64,000 nucleotides of DNA, from the NCBI GenBank assembly GCA_028534125.1, contig CM052817.1:23996001-24060000 (forward strand). The letters run 5' to 3'. The position numbers and the translations under genes are program-made. Within the stretch, counting starts at the first letter, position 1. Each line of letters begins with the position of its first letter. The notes beneath the pieces were generated by a model that was not told the DNA's origin, did not search any database, and saw nothing but the letters and a program-made list of their open reading frames with translations. This document shows positions 26,931 to 39,921 of the stretch, piece after piece. This DNA comes from Lama glama (lineage: Eukaryota).

Positions 26931-29900
26931 GTAATGAAGTAAAGGGGAAAAAAAGAAGTTGCAAAGCACAAAGCACGCTTCAAGAAAGGACAATGAATAG
27001 ATCTGTGTGGCTTGAGTAAAATATTTGGAAAAATCATACTGGAGATACGTTGGGGAAAAGTTATGGAGGATTCTGAATGCCTTGTTTAGGTCATCCAAAT
27101 GTTTCTGTGAAATTGTTATGGGGGGTCCTTTTTGTCAAAATTTGTCAAAAGGATGTGACTCATTTCATAATATAGAGATCATGTGCAAAGCAGAGATTCA
27201 CATCCGAGATTCTTAGGGTATGAGGAAACAACACAATCTCTCAGCTGCTGTGCTCTTGGAATGAGTCTAGCCATAACTGAGGATGGAGCAGCAGGTATCT
27301 AGCTAGTTTTCATCGAGCATCTTTTATCCTATAAGTAGTGGCAAGCCCTTGGAAAATTTTAACCAGGAGGGCAACATGATCAAATTTTGTTAGCATATCA
27401 TTGTGATAGCCTATAAGGATAAATCAGAAAGAGGTGAGCTTAGCAACAGTAAAATAAAGGGCTAATGAAGTTGTCCACGGAAGAGATGATGATGGCCTGA
27501 TGTTCAGACCACGGCAGTAATGATAGAGAGAGCACAAGTCGGAGAGGGATTTAGGATTTGAGATCAACTGGACTCGGTGAAAGAGTGAATACGAGTAGGG
27601 ACCGGGAGACAGTGGAAGTTGTGGACTGGGCGCTTCCTAGGGTGGCTCCCAGGACACAGGTTTGAGCTATGGTCCTATGATACAACGGAGTGTTTCACTA
27701 ACTAGTTTAGAAGTGTGTTCAGACTTGCATTTCATCTCTGTTCCCCCTAATATTGCCCTATCCAGTGGCTGATTATAAATTCTCTTTGAAGGCCTATCAC
27801 CGACCCCATTTTCTATCTAGATCACACAACAGATGAGGTATATTTTTTTCAAAAACAGATAATGACTTTTCACTCTTCTCCTAAAACTTCTCAGTTGGCT
27901 CAGACTTTATGTCTATTGATCAAAGTCCAAGCCACTTACCCTGGCATTTAAGGCCCTTCACAACCCCCTCTAACTCATTCCTACTGCATTTACCCAACTA
28001 ATATCTTTTGCTGCAGTTCCACTTAAGATCTCATTTGTTTTACACATTATGGTCTTAATTTCCTCAGAGGCTCTTCCCAGAGCTGCCCTTGTGACAGCAC
28101 TGACTTCGCTGTATGATCATCTCTTTAGAAGAAGACTAAATTTCCAAGGCAGAATTAGGTACTACAGAGGTATGTATTAACTAAAGCCCTGGATACATAC
28201 TAACGTATGGTCTGTTATAATTTTAATTTGTGTAATAATAAAGGTAATGATAACTAATATTGTTATTTCTTGCTACTAACTTGATAAAGCACTTACACAT
28301 ATTGACTCATTTGCTGAACAGGTAGATGGTTGAATCAACTGAGGCACAGAAAGGTTTGCTCAAAAGGAAACAGCTGGAGAATGGCAGTGTTACTGTTTGA
28401 ACCCAAGTTAGTCTGGTTCCATTGGTGGCACTCCCAATCTCTGTACCAGTGTTTCCTTTTGTGACTGAGTTCGTCAGGGCTGGGAGCACAGCTCATCCAA
28501 TTTTGTAATCCCATCTCTAGGACACATTCAATAGTATTTTGTTGAACTATTAAAGAATAAATGAATGCATGCTGGGAAAATTGATAAAGCAATTAAAGGT
28601 GGAGACTTAATAGCTGACAAAAGCTTTACCTGTTTCCTTTCCTAGGTAATAGTTACATTTAGCAGAAGCCTTTCATGCCGACAAGCGAATGACTAATGTG
28701 GGGATTTCACACACTGGCCAGACATGGGAGGAAGATGTTTGTGGCTATCCAGGCCTTTCCCAGTACATTCATATCACTCTTTCTGTCAGAAAGGATATTC
28801 CTATCTATAAGCCAAAAAAAAAAAAAAAAGGACAGGAAATTTTAAAAAGTCTGTTAGGATATTCTAGAAAGAACTTTGCTTAGAGTTGAATAGGAAGCTC
28901 GACAGGTCTTCATAACTGACAGAAACTTGTTAGGATTATAATTTTAGAATAGAACAGTAAAGGAATGAGGTGGAAGTTTATGCAAGTTCTAACAGTGTTG
29001 TATGTCTTTAATTTGTTGAGTTGCTTTTTAAAATCAATAAGGTCTCCCACATGGCTGCATTTACGGATCAAAGAATCTGCTTTTGCCAGAATTGCTTGGA
29101 ATAGTGAGCAAAGTTTTAAGCATATTCACAATAGCTACCATTGATGGAGAGCTTGGTTAAGTGTCAGACATGTTTGAAGCATTCCATATACATGATGTCA
29201 TTTAATCCTTCCTGCAATCCCATGTGGTATGTATACTGCTTTGCCCTTTGTTAGATAAAACGTGAAACTGAGACATTAATTTGGAAATGAGGTTTATCTA
29301 TTCCAGATTGCTTTTGACAACTTTTCTTGACTGACTCCACGTGTATTCCATATATATTTCCTGACTTATCCAGAACTTTCCTCACTTTATCCCTGCAGCT
29401 GTGCCCAAAAGCCCCTTCCTGTTGTCTGTTCCAGCTGCTTGGATCAATTGGGGTTTCTTGAATTGGTCTATCTGGTTTCCAGGGTCCTAAGCTGTCTTCT
29501 TTTGTGACTGACTCCTTCAAAGGCTGAAAGATATTTTAATTCCTTCCTCTTGACAAAGCCATAATCAAACTGAAGCTTTAAAAAAAAGTCATTTTCTAAG
29601 AAGCAACTGAAAAAATAATGAATAAACAAAATGTAAGTTTGGCTGTAGTAAAAGGTGCAGGGTTTAAAACTGAGAAAGACCTGAGCTAAACAATGATATG
29701 AATGGGCGTGTCTTCTGGGATTGATAACAGCCTGACTTCTTTTCCAAAAATCTTAATTCCTAAATATATTGCACATGAGACTCCTCTGGGTCAGCTCTAC
29801 TTGCTCTAAACTCAGTTCTTTTTTCCACACTAAACTTACTTCTCTGTGGGTTTATGCTGGTCTTCAGATCTTTCTATGTAAAAGCCTTTCCTTTTATTGT

Positions 29901-30928
29901 GAGGACCAAGCCTTCAGGAAGTTTAACACTGAATGTGCAGTTATAATAATATCCGTGATTAATACAGCCACAGGATGTTTACTGACTGATGCTGGTGTCT
30001 TTTAATCTATATATGTTTATTTTAAAAGCTGTGTGTGTATGTGGCTAATTGCAAAGGCACACAGAAATAGAGAAACCATACAATGAATCTATATGGATCC
30101 ACCACCCATCATTTCTGCCATTCCTCTTCCGTCTAACAGGTTTTGTTTGTTTGAGTATTTTAAAGCAAATCATAGCTATTCTATCATTTTACTTGTAAAT
30201 AATCCTATATGTTTCTCTGAGAGGCAAAGACTTTTAAAACAAACAAACAAACAAACAACCACAAACCACTGCAAAACCTAATAAAATTAGCAGCTATCAC
30301 TTAACAGCATCTTCTATCCCATCCATGTTCTATATTCATCTACTGACTCACTTTTCTCTTTTTACAGTTAATTTTCAAAAACAAGGTTTAAAAAGTATTC
30401 ACACATTTCATTTGGTTTGTGGGCCTCCTCCATCATTTGCTGAATTCTCAGTGTAGGTAACGTCCTTTACAGACATTTCACTCTAGCCTTGTAGCGTATG
30501 TCAGAGGTAGGAACCATCATCTCTGTTTCAAAGAACTTAGCCAGAGCGTTCAGTTGGCTTGCCTAGGCTTACATGACTTCTCAGGGGCAGAGGCTGTGCG
30601 AGGATCTGGAATTTAAAGGCATTTCTCTTTATGCTCTTTCACTTCCCCCATTCCTTGCACAGGTCAGAGCTTTTGTTTCCTTGTATTTTCCACTTTTATC
30701 ACTACGTTATATTGCCTCTCGTATTTTTTGCCCCCTTCAAAATGTTTAGCGCAAATCTAGATCTCCCAGAAAGCCAGAGTGGTTGTACCTTTTGTTGAAG
30801 CTAAGCTTTGGAATAGAGCAACTGTAGCTTTGGATGGCGGTTTCCTTTTTTATTTGGAACTTTTCAGCTCCTGAGGCAGAAGCAGACTTTCTGCATCATC
30901 TTGGTTGTAAGTGCAGAGTTACTTCTTC

Positions 30929-31785
30929 TTTTTTTTTTTTTTACATGTACACATACCTACCAATTCACAAAGATTTTTTTATTGAAGTATTGTTGATTTA
31001 CAATGTTGCATTAGTTTCTGGTGTAAAGCATAGTGATTCAATTATATATATGTACATATATTCTTTTTCATTATAGGTTATTACAAGCTATTCAATGTAG
31101 TTCCCTGGGCTATGCAGTAGGATCTTGTTGTTTATATANNNNNNNNNNNNNNNNNNNNNNNNNNNNNNNNNNNNNNNNNNNNNNNNNNNNNNNNNNNNNN
31201 NNNNNNNNNNNNNNNNNNNNNNNNNNNNNNNNNNNNNNNNNNNNNNNNNNNNNNNNNNNNNNNNNNNNNNNNNNNNNNNNNNNNNNNNNNNNNNNNNNNN
31301 NNNNNNNNNNNNNNNNNNNNNNNNNNNNNNNNNNNNNNNNNNNNNNNNNNNNNNNNNNNNNNNNNNNNNNNNNNNNNNNNNNNNNNNNNNNNNNNNNNNN
31401 NNNNNNNNNNNNNNNNNNNNNNNNNNNNNNNNNNNNNNNNNNNNNNNNNNNNNNNNNNNNNNNNNNNNNNNNNNNNNNNNNNNNNNNNNNNNNNNNNNNN
31501 NNNNNNNNNNNNNNNNNNNNNNNNNNNNNNNNNNNNNNNNNNNNNNNNNNNNNNNNNNNNNNNNNNNNNNNNNNNNNNNNNNNNNNNNNNNNNNNNNNNN
31601 NNNNNNNNNNNNNNNNNNNNNNNNNNNNNNNNNNNNNNATCTCCACACTGTTTTCCATAGTGGCTGCACCAAACTGCATTCCCACCAGCAGTGTAGGAGG
31701 GTTCCCCTTTCTCCACAGCCTCTCCAGCATTTGTCATTTTTGGATTTTTGAATGACGGCCATTCTGACTGGTGTGAGGTGATACT
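30929..31785 (-). mobile_element. Antisense L1 3' end spanning an assembly gap
   Basis: 3' UTR at 30981-31138 and ORF2 C-terminal peptide ([30 protein letters not shown]) at 31639-31785. Confidence 0.85.
31139..31638. other. Assembly gap (500 N)
   Basis: Exactly 500 N, so probably a placeholder size. Confidence 1.
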
Positions 31786-33227
31786 TCTGAACAGTCCAAT
31801 ACGTTCGTCTGTTGTATCCATGTAAGGGACATCTCATAGCTCCTCATTTCAGAGCAGAGATAATGGCCATCCCTTAAAGATGATAAAGGTTTCTCTTTCC
31901 TAGGTTATGAGTTCACGTTCCTTGCTTTTTGTTGATGACTTATCACTCGGATGCCCTCAAAATGTTCTCTACAATTTTAAAAGAACAAAAATACTTTGCA
32001 TGCATGTTTACAGTAAAAGATGGTAAAAGATAAAATTCTCAGCAAATAAAAGGTGATACTTACTTATATTTTTCAAAATTTTTGGAATTATAAGTGCTTT
32101 TTATTTTAAGGACGATAACATGCCAGCTTTGAATAAAATGGATTCAAAATGGATTCGTATAGTGAGGCTGTTATTCTCTTTTTAATTCCTTCCTTGATCC
32201 ACTGAGTAGATCTCAGGTTGGTGCCTGCACGTTTTTCTCTCTCTCTAACACTTTCAAGGTTTCCCTGTTAATAAGAAGAGAACAACTCTCAGGCTCAGAG
32301 ATCTTGGCTGGCAACAGAATTTAATGATATTGTTTTGTTCTAATTGTATTGGTTGTTAAGGTTTCCATGTGTTTATACAAGTTAAATGGCATTACCACTT
32401 AGGACTGAAACAAGAGTTTCTTTGAAAAATGAATTTGTGTAGGTAAAAAAAAGTAACTTTAAAGAAAAACATTAAGAAATAACAGCTATGGTTTCAATCA
32501 CTTTTTATATATGATGCCCTGCTCTGGGTTACATGATGTGACTGGATGTTCCCTTTAAGGGCAGTGTGAAGAGGACACTATTATCATGCCCACTTCATAA
32601 GTGAGACAAGCAAGGCGCAAACCTGCAAGATCACAATGTAAATAAGTAGTGTGATTAGGAGTTGAGCTCTTTCCCTCCATCTAATACTGCTTCCAAGTCC
32701 AGAGCAGTGATGTTGACATATGTGAATGGTGAGCAGAATGCAGGAGGTCCTGGAATGACTGAGGGAAAGTCCTCCTTACAACCCTCACTTTACGTACAAG
32801 TTTTAACTTACAGACTATGAATAAAGGGTCTGCAGACTTACAGACGGTAGTTTACACATTACATCTGCCACTTAGTGTATACGTTTTTGGTCAGATTATT
32901 TTACCTCAGTTTTCTCATTTGTAAAGTAAGCATAACGACTAGCTCACAAGGTTCTAGATATACTAGACTCTGCCAAGGTTATAGAATATATTTTCAATTG
33001 TTAGAGTAATCACTGGTGCATGGTAAGTAATTAAAAACAGTAGGTGATACCATTCTCTGGAGGCAGTGTTATTTATTGTTTAAGTGAGGGCTTTAGACAG
33101 ACCTAGATTTCAAGATTAGGTCCATATTACCTTGGAGAAACTACATGTGTCAAACTGGGATGACAGTTCTTCAAACTACTGTTAAGAGTTTGGAATGAAA
33201 TAATACACTTACGCATTCAGCCCAGTT

Positions 33228-34555
33228 GTTGGCATCTATCCTGCCTGGTATTCTCCGAGCTTCTTGGATCTTTGGTTTGGTGCCTGATGTTAATTTGTGG
33301 AAACTTTCACTCACTATTGTTTCATATACTTCTCTTTCTTTCTCTTTTCTTATTCTGGAATTCCCATTACACGTATGTTTTTATAGTTGTTCCATGGTTC
33401 TTGGATGTTCTGCTTTTCTCTTTTTCCTTTTTTCTTTTCAATTTTGGGGTTTCTATTGAGATAGCCTCAAGCTCAAATTCTTCCCTCAGTCATCTCCATC
33501 TACTAATAAGCTTATTAAAAATATTCTTCATTTCTGTTACAGTGTTTTTGATCTGTAATATTTCCTTTGGATTCCTTCTTAGGATTTCCATCCCTCCACT
33601 CACATTGCCCATCTGTTCTTGTGTGCTGTCTACTTTTTCACTAGAGCCCTTAGTATGTTAATCATAGTTCTAAAAAATTCCTGGTCTGACAATTCTAACA
33701 TCCCTGCCATATCTGAGTCTGGTTCTGATGCTTGCTCTGTCTCTTGAAATTGTGTTTTTTGCCATTTAGTATGTCTTGTAATCGTTTTTCTTGAGAGCTA
33801 AACGTGATGTACTGGGTAAAAGGAACCACTGTAAACCGACCTTTAGTGCCAGGGCGGTAAGTGTGGAGGAGGGGAAGTGTCTGTAGGCCTGTGACCAGGT
33901 CTCCGTCTTCAGTGAGCCTGTGCCTCTCGACTGTGAACTTCACGTGTGATTTTCTGCCTTCTCCCCACCCCCACACTTGGTGGGACAGGACGGTTAGAGG
34001 GGCCTGAAGCTGGGTATTTCCCTTCCCCAAGGTCAGTCAGGCTCTGAAAAACCCCTGCAGACTAGGCTTTGGTGAACCGGCCTTATTAAGAACAGTGTGC
34101 TCTGGTACATTTCAAAAGGTTCTTTCCCCTCTCCCTGCAGGAAACACAATGGGATTTTTCTCAGGTCTTCACTCTGAGAACCTAGTCGAGCTCCTGGAGG
34201 TAAAATTCACAAAAGTGTGGAAACTGCCCTCATGACTGGGTCTCCCTGGAGTTTTTAACTCTTGGGCTTGTCCGCACTGAGCCTCTAGCAATTTGTCAGT
34301 TACAGCTGAGCTTCCTTACCCTGGCTGGCACTGGTCCCTGTGGTGGTTTGTGCTTGTGGGTTTCTGCGCTGGTAAGTTGTGCTTCTCTGTATTTGCCTGT
34401 CAGTTTCTTCCAATTTGGCAAGGGGTTTGCCCTGTGACCTTACTTCTTTGGCAGATCTAAAGAGAGCTGTTGATTTTTCAGTTTGTTCAGCTTTTTACTT
34501 GTTGTGACAGAATGGAAACTTCTAGCCTCTCACATGCCTGCCTGGAAACTGAAAG
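33228..34555 (-). mobile_element. L1M (MC/MD-type) 5' UTR plus N-terminal ORF1 fragment
   Basis: Antisense L1 ORF1 coiled-coil-region sequence at ~33230-33720, and GC-richer 5' UTR-like sequence out to 34555. Confidence 0.75.
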
Positions 34556-35544
34556 TTCAGCTCAGTTCGTCATGCCAGCATGTCCTCACGCAACACTGAT
34601 ACAAGCTTTTATTTGATTTGTATTATGTTGGACCCATAACTGAAGCACAAAGTTTTTATGCTAACATTAATCTTTTGTATCAAATTACATCTTTAATCAA
34701 TATTCAGTCTAACTAATCTAACTTATTTACAATGTAAAATTACTAAGAATTTTATAGGAGTTGTACATCATAAAATCTGAGATGCTACAGTTGACCAATA
34801 TGATGCAATCAGTGAGCTCAAATGGCAACTCTTACTTAGTTAAGAGGCCTCTATATGCAATAAATACAGCATAGAGTAAGTAGTGAAAACCACTGCTTGG
34901 CTATGGTATCTTAAAGGCTTCTGGTAAAATCTGTCCTAAAGATACACAGAAATACCCTAATTATATACACTTCTTTGAGTTATTATTTATACCACTTTCA
35001 CTTTTATATCTTCTGACTACAAATAAATGGCCAATTTATCAGAAAAATCTCTACAATAAGTGTTTGGAGGTGGGCGGAGTGTGGGGGTTAAGGCTGGATG
35101 GAGGATTTGTTGCCACAAGATATTACAATAATTACCTGTGAAAATCTCTTCGTGCCTAAGTGCCTTAGGGTAAATGATACAAATGATAATGCCAGCATGG
35201 CACTTTTGTTGTTGTTAAATGTGTGACACTGTCGTTTGCTGGAATGCTACGTGGCATTTGTGTTAGATGGTGCTTCAAGTGTCAGAAAGTACTTACCATG
35301 TTACTTTACACAAAAACTGGTTCTTGAGGAGAGACTCCAAGCAAGAACTAGCAGACAGGTAGAAATTAAAGAAGAGAACTCTACCACTTATTATTTCCTT
35401 ATCTGCCAAATAGCAATAGTATTATTGCAGGTGCCCTTGAAATTAGTGACTGCCCAGTTCCAAAGCAGCATCTGCCAGTGCCAATATTAGCAAAGTGGCC
35501 TGAGATCATGACAATGACTCCCATCACTGACTCAGTTCCTGGGG

Positions 35545-36086
35545 AATATCCCACCTGGTTGCAGCCTCTCTGGAAAATGCTTGAAGATTAGTAAGTGGGT
35601 TCCCTTTTCCTATGGTCCATGTGCTTTTTAATCTGGTGTTTTTGCTCTGGTTTTTGAGTTGAGTGAGTCTTTGTGCAAGCCCTTTAGGAGCAGGCTTGCT
35701 CCTTGCAGCTCTATTATTTTCCTGGATGTATACACTCTGTTGGTTTTCAGATTCAGGTATTTTGACGGGCTCGTCTCTTCTATTCAGGATCTAGGGTTTG
35801 GGTGCCTGGTGTGGAGGAGTTCCATTCCCTCACTTCTCAGGGAAAAAAAATCTGTACTTTGTCATCCCTCCTAATTATCACTGTGGCTGGGTTTTGGATT
35901 TTTCCTTGGTGAGACTTTATCTCTGTCTCTCCTCCCTGTCTCCATGCTGTTCCTTTTACCCTTTGTTGTGGAGGCTTTGTTCATCCAGTTTTAGGTCCTT
36001 TTCTGAGGGAATTTCATATATGGCTGTAGATTTGTTGTGACCATAGGAGGAAGTGAGTTCAGGATCTTTCCATGCCGCCACCTTGC
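35545..36086 (-). mobile_element. L1 5' UTR fragment
   Basis: Ends in ccgccaccttg (reverse complement CAAGGTGGCGG, similar to the L1 start CAAGATGGCG). Confidence 0.65.
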
Positions 36087-36279
36087 TCATATGCCTTAAT
36101 GGAAGTTTTATATACATGTTTATGTAATGTCTATGACTTGAATACCTATAGAATATTACAGTCAGATTTAATAAACCCGTATCAAGTGCTTTTTATGAAC
36201 CAGTGTGCTGTGCATTCATTAACATAGAGCACTTACATCATTCATGTACCATTGCTATGAGTAGGCTTATTAAAAGAAA

Positions 36280-36858
36280 TTGTTTTATTTTGAAATAATT
36301 ATAGGTTCACAGGAAGTTGCTAAATATAGTACAGACAGGTGCTATATATTCTTCCCCCAGCTTTCCTCAGTGATTACATCTTACATAACTGCAGCGAAAT
36401 ATCGAAAGCAGGAAGTGGATATTGTGTATTTATAGTACTTTACCATTTTATCCCACATGTAACCACTGCATTCAAGATACACAAGTGTTCTGGCACCACA
36501 AACACCTCCCTTGTGCTATCTTTTTATGGTCTTTCACCACCATCCTAACCCCTAGAAATCACTAATCTGTTTTATATCTTTATAATTCTGTAATTTCAAC
36601 AGTGTGATATAAGTGGAATCATGGAATATGTGACCTTGTGAGACTGTAATTTTTCACTCAGCACAATGCCCTGAGGTCCATGCAAGTCGTTGCATATATC
36701 AATGATTTATCCATTTTATTACTGAGTAACATCCCATCCTGTGGATTTACCATAGTTTTTTTTAGCCATTCACCTATTGCAGAAAATTTTAGTTGTTTCC
36801 AGTTTTTGGCTCTTACAAATAAAGCTGCTGTGAACATTTATGTACAGGGTTTTGTGAT
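36280..36858 (-). mobile_element. Old L1M (MB/MC) 3' UTR fragment
   Basis: ttttattttgaaataattataggttcacaggaagttgc...tttagttgtttccagtttttggctcttacaaataaagctgctgtgaacattt. Confidence 0.8.
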
Positions 36859-37158
36859 GGGTGTGTGCATTTTAATAAATCACTTTTCAGAGCTGAGACT
36901 GAGGGGATAAGTAAATTCTGCAGAGTACTTAACAGGTTTCCAAATCCAGATGTTTTTACTTTACCTCCTGTGCTATTTTCAGGCTCCTGTATTAAGTGAG
37001 AACAAACTGCTCTGCAGACAGCATAGAAAAGTTATGATTATATATTTGATTTCTTCTTGACAAAATTTTGGTTTCAGAATAATATCTGCTTAAAGACTTC
37101 ATGGTTTTTAGCATCACTTCTGCATATTGACAAGTTTATTACAAAAACTAATGTTTGA

Positions 37159-37230
37159 TGACTGGAACATTGTGCTGTGCATCAGAAATTGACACATTGT
37201 AACTGACAGTACTTCAATTAAAAAAAAAAC
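37159..37230 (+). mobile_element. Very short camelid-type L1 3' tail with TSD
   Basis: tgactggaacattgtgctgt...tacttcaattaaaaaaaaaa. TSD aactaatgtttga (37146-37158) / aactaatatttga (37231-37243). Confidence 0.85.
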
Positions 37231-37661
37231 AACTAATATTTGAGTACCCATTAGGTACCAGGCCTGGTGCTAAGTGTTGAGGCAAGGTGCCTGGCTAACG
37301 AGGGTTTTTATACAATACTATGTTTGTAACACAGAGGTAGCTTGCTCTATGTTAGCTAGGATTAACAACTCTAAGTTTTAGTTTAGAAAATGTTTATTTA
37401 GAGTTAATATGACTGCTATAATAATATTTAAATGTGTATTCTTACATTTAAATTTTCTGAAAGATGTGGGTCAGTATATGTTGCCTTATCTCAGAAAACC
37501 AATTGCTGAGCATGAATGCACAAATACACAATCTAATTTTGTAATGCATGCAATTCAGGACTTTTTTCAAGTAGAGGTGAGGTTCAGATGGATTTTTATG
37601 TGTGGCTTGTTCACAAATTAATGGTTTCTTCTGCTTATTCTGTGCCCCTTTCTCCCCAAAG

Positions 37662-37719
37662 CATGAAAAATTAATCAACCGTCCACAGAGTACCAAAAGA
37701 ATTTCTACAGACCCTCTAG
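37662..37719 (+). CDS. DTHD1: DTHD1 penultimate coding exon (58 nt, phase 0/1)
   Basis: Pyrimidine tract ending ccccaaAG and donor TAG|GTAAGG. Encodes HEKLINRPQSTKRISTDPL, and its length bridges phase 0 (13771) to phase 1 (42397) exactly. Confidence 0.88.
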
Positions 37720-39288
37720 GTAAGGAATATTTTCTGTGTCCTCATTACAGTGATGCTCTTTTCCCCTTATATTTTATATTTTATGTGAATCTTTTAATAA
37801 ACAAGAATGTAGAACTTAGCAATTAAATAATCCTTCACCAAATAATCATTTATTATCAGCCTAAGAAGTGAGTTTTCCTTCGGAAGTCATGCACATATAA
37901 ACAAGAAAAACATTCTTGAATGTAGATGTAATTAAAATTTTGCTAAGATCTACAAGAAATATGAACTTTACTAAGTAGTATTTAACTAAGACAACTAGTA
38001 ATTGCCTAGTTTGGTAAATAGACAACTACAGTTTGTTCTGAAATGTTGACTCTTAGTTACAGATCTTAAACTAGATTTTAAATAGAGTTATATTGGTACG
38101 AAACCACAAAGCAAACATGTAATATTTGATTGTGGTTATGTATAATCTAACTATATAACAATAATGCATATTTTAGGGTAGAATTTGACACTTTTAGTCT
38201 AGTTTAACCTTTGAAACAATTCATTTTGTGATATTAATAGTTACTACTGCAATAATTTATTGATCTTCAAAAGACATCAGTGAGTGCATTTGGACTGCTG
38301 TGTCAGTCTCACCACTGATGGTGTAACATTCCATTCAAGGGTTATCTTTATGGACTTGTACAGAAAGTGCACAAGCTTTACTGAATTAAATTAGAAGTGA
38401 GTAGGATGGGAATAAACCTTAGCATCAGACACTGTCTCAGAGGCAATAAAATTATTTTCAAAGACAGAACAGGTGACAGAGGAAACGAAACAAAAAACAC
38501 TAAAGCCAAAACCCCCAAAACTCCAAAACCAAGAGAAGAAAACCCCGTTAAAACAACTACAGCAGTAGGTGAAAGTCCAGTGAGTTTGATAATGTTGTCG
38601 ACTCCCGAAGAACTTGACGTTCAAATAAAAGTGCTCCAACCACCGGAGAGGACAAAGGTATAATGATCTCTCCTAAGTGTACCAGGACGTGCTAAGTTGT
38701 TTCTCAGTGTGATCTTGCACAATAATACCACCTGAGCTGTTGTAGGATGATGGTAGATGGTCAGTTAGAGCAGGACAGAACTATGAATAGTTTCGAACGC
38801 CAAGTTCAGAGGTTTAGACAATGAAGGTGCCTACAAGAGATTTATTAACAAAGAAGGAATAAAATCAGATTGGACTTTGAAAACTTCTATTAGTTGTGTG
38901 GAAGACTAAAGTCAGCCAAAACTGAGAGCAGGGATATGACTCAGAACCCTGGTTCTTGCAGTCCTCCAGGAAAAAGAGGCAGGACATGGTTAAGATTGAG
39001 TCAGTAAGGCTGGAAAGTGGGGAAGTATCTGAGATATGTTTAGTGTTAGGACCAATAAAACTTGAGAACAGGCGATACAAAATGGGCTTTTGAGAAATTG
39101 GAATAGTATTACAGGTGTTAGTGTACTCAGCTGAGTGGTCACATTCACTAAGAAAATGATTAGAGTGAAGGAGCAGGTGGAGAGAGGGAAACATCACAGT
39201 TGACTCTGATTTCAGAAATATGGAATTTGAATTGGCTGTGGTATAAAATGGTAACAATAATTAGGAGATGAATATTGCAAATGCTGTG

Positions 39289-39921
39289 CAGTTGTACCTT
39301 GGAGACATTGCAAGTTCAGTTCCAAATCACTGCAATAAAGCGAACATCATGATAATGTGAGTCGCATGAATTGTGGGGTTTCCCAGCGCATATAAAAGTC
39401 ATGTTTACACTAGATTGTAGTCTATTAACTGTGCAATAACATTATGTCTAAAAAAGTGTATCTACCTTAATTTAGAAATACTTCATTGCTAAAAAGTGTT
39501 AATCATCACCTGAACCTTCAGGGATTCATAGTCTTTTTGCAATAGCAACATCAATGTTCACTGATTGCTGATCACCATAACAAAGAAAATAATAAAAAAA
39601 AGTTTGAAATATTTTAAGAATTACTAAAATGTGACACAGAGACAAAAAGTGAGCAAATGCTGTTGAAAAAATGGCGCCTGTACATTTGCTTGACACAAGG
39701 TTGCCACAGGTTTTTAATTTGTCTATTTCTTGGAGGTGGGTAATTAGGTTTGTTTATTTCTTTTTTTAATGGAGGTACTAGGGATTGAACCCAGGACCTA
39801 GTACATGCTAAGCACGCACTTAACCACTGAGCTATACCCTCCCCCAAATATTCAATTTGTAAAAAAACACAATAGCTGTGAAGTGCAATAAAGCAAAACT
39901 CAAGAAAACAAGTTCTGCCTA
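39289..39921 (-). mobile_element. Internally deleted Tigger1-family (TcMar-Tigger) DNA transposon
   Basis: Both Tigger1 termini are recognisable (cagttgtaccttggagacattgc...; ...gaagtgcaataaagcaaaactcaagaaaacaagttctgccta), followed by TA. Confidence 0.85.
39711..39845 (-). mobile_element. Vic-1-type camelid tRNA-derived SINE
   Basis: Reverse complement GGGGAGGGTATAGCTCAGTGGTTAAGTGCGTGCTTAGCATGTACTAGGTCCTGGGTTCAATCCCTAGTACCTCC, with Pol III A and B boxes, then an A-rich linker, AAACCTAATTACCC and an A-tail. Confidence 0.9.

Noticed and set aside
31033..31837. Long ORFs (206-249 aa)
   Set aside because: Artefacts of translating through 500 N; the flanks are L1 sequence.
38397..38663. 88-aa Lys/Thr/Pro-rich ORF in the last DTHD1 intron as an extra exon or gene
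   Set aside because: A-rich composition explains the open frame, there is no pyrimidine-tract acceptor, and the flanking DTHD1 exons already join in frame without it.
39772..39845. tRNA gene
   Set aside because: The tRNA-like head is followed by the SINE body and A-tail; it is a Vic-1-type SINE.
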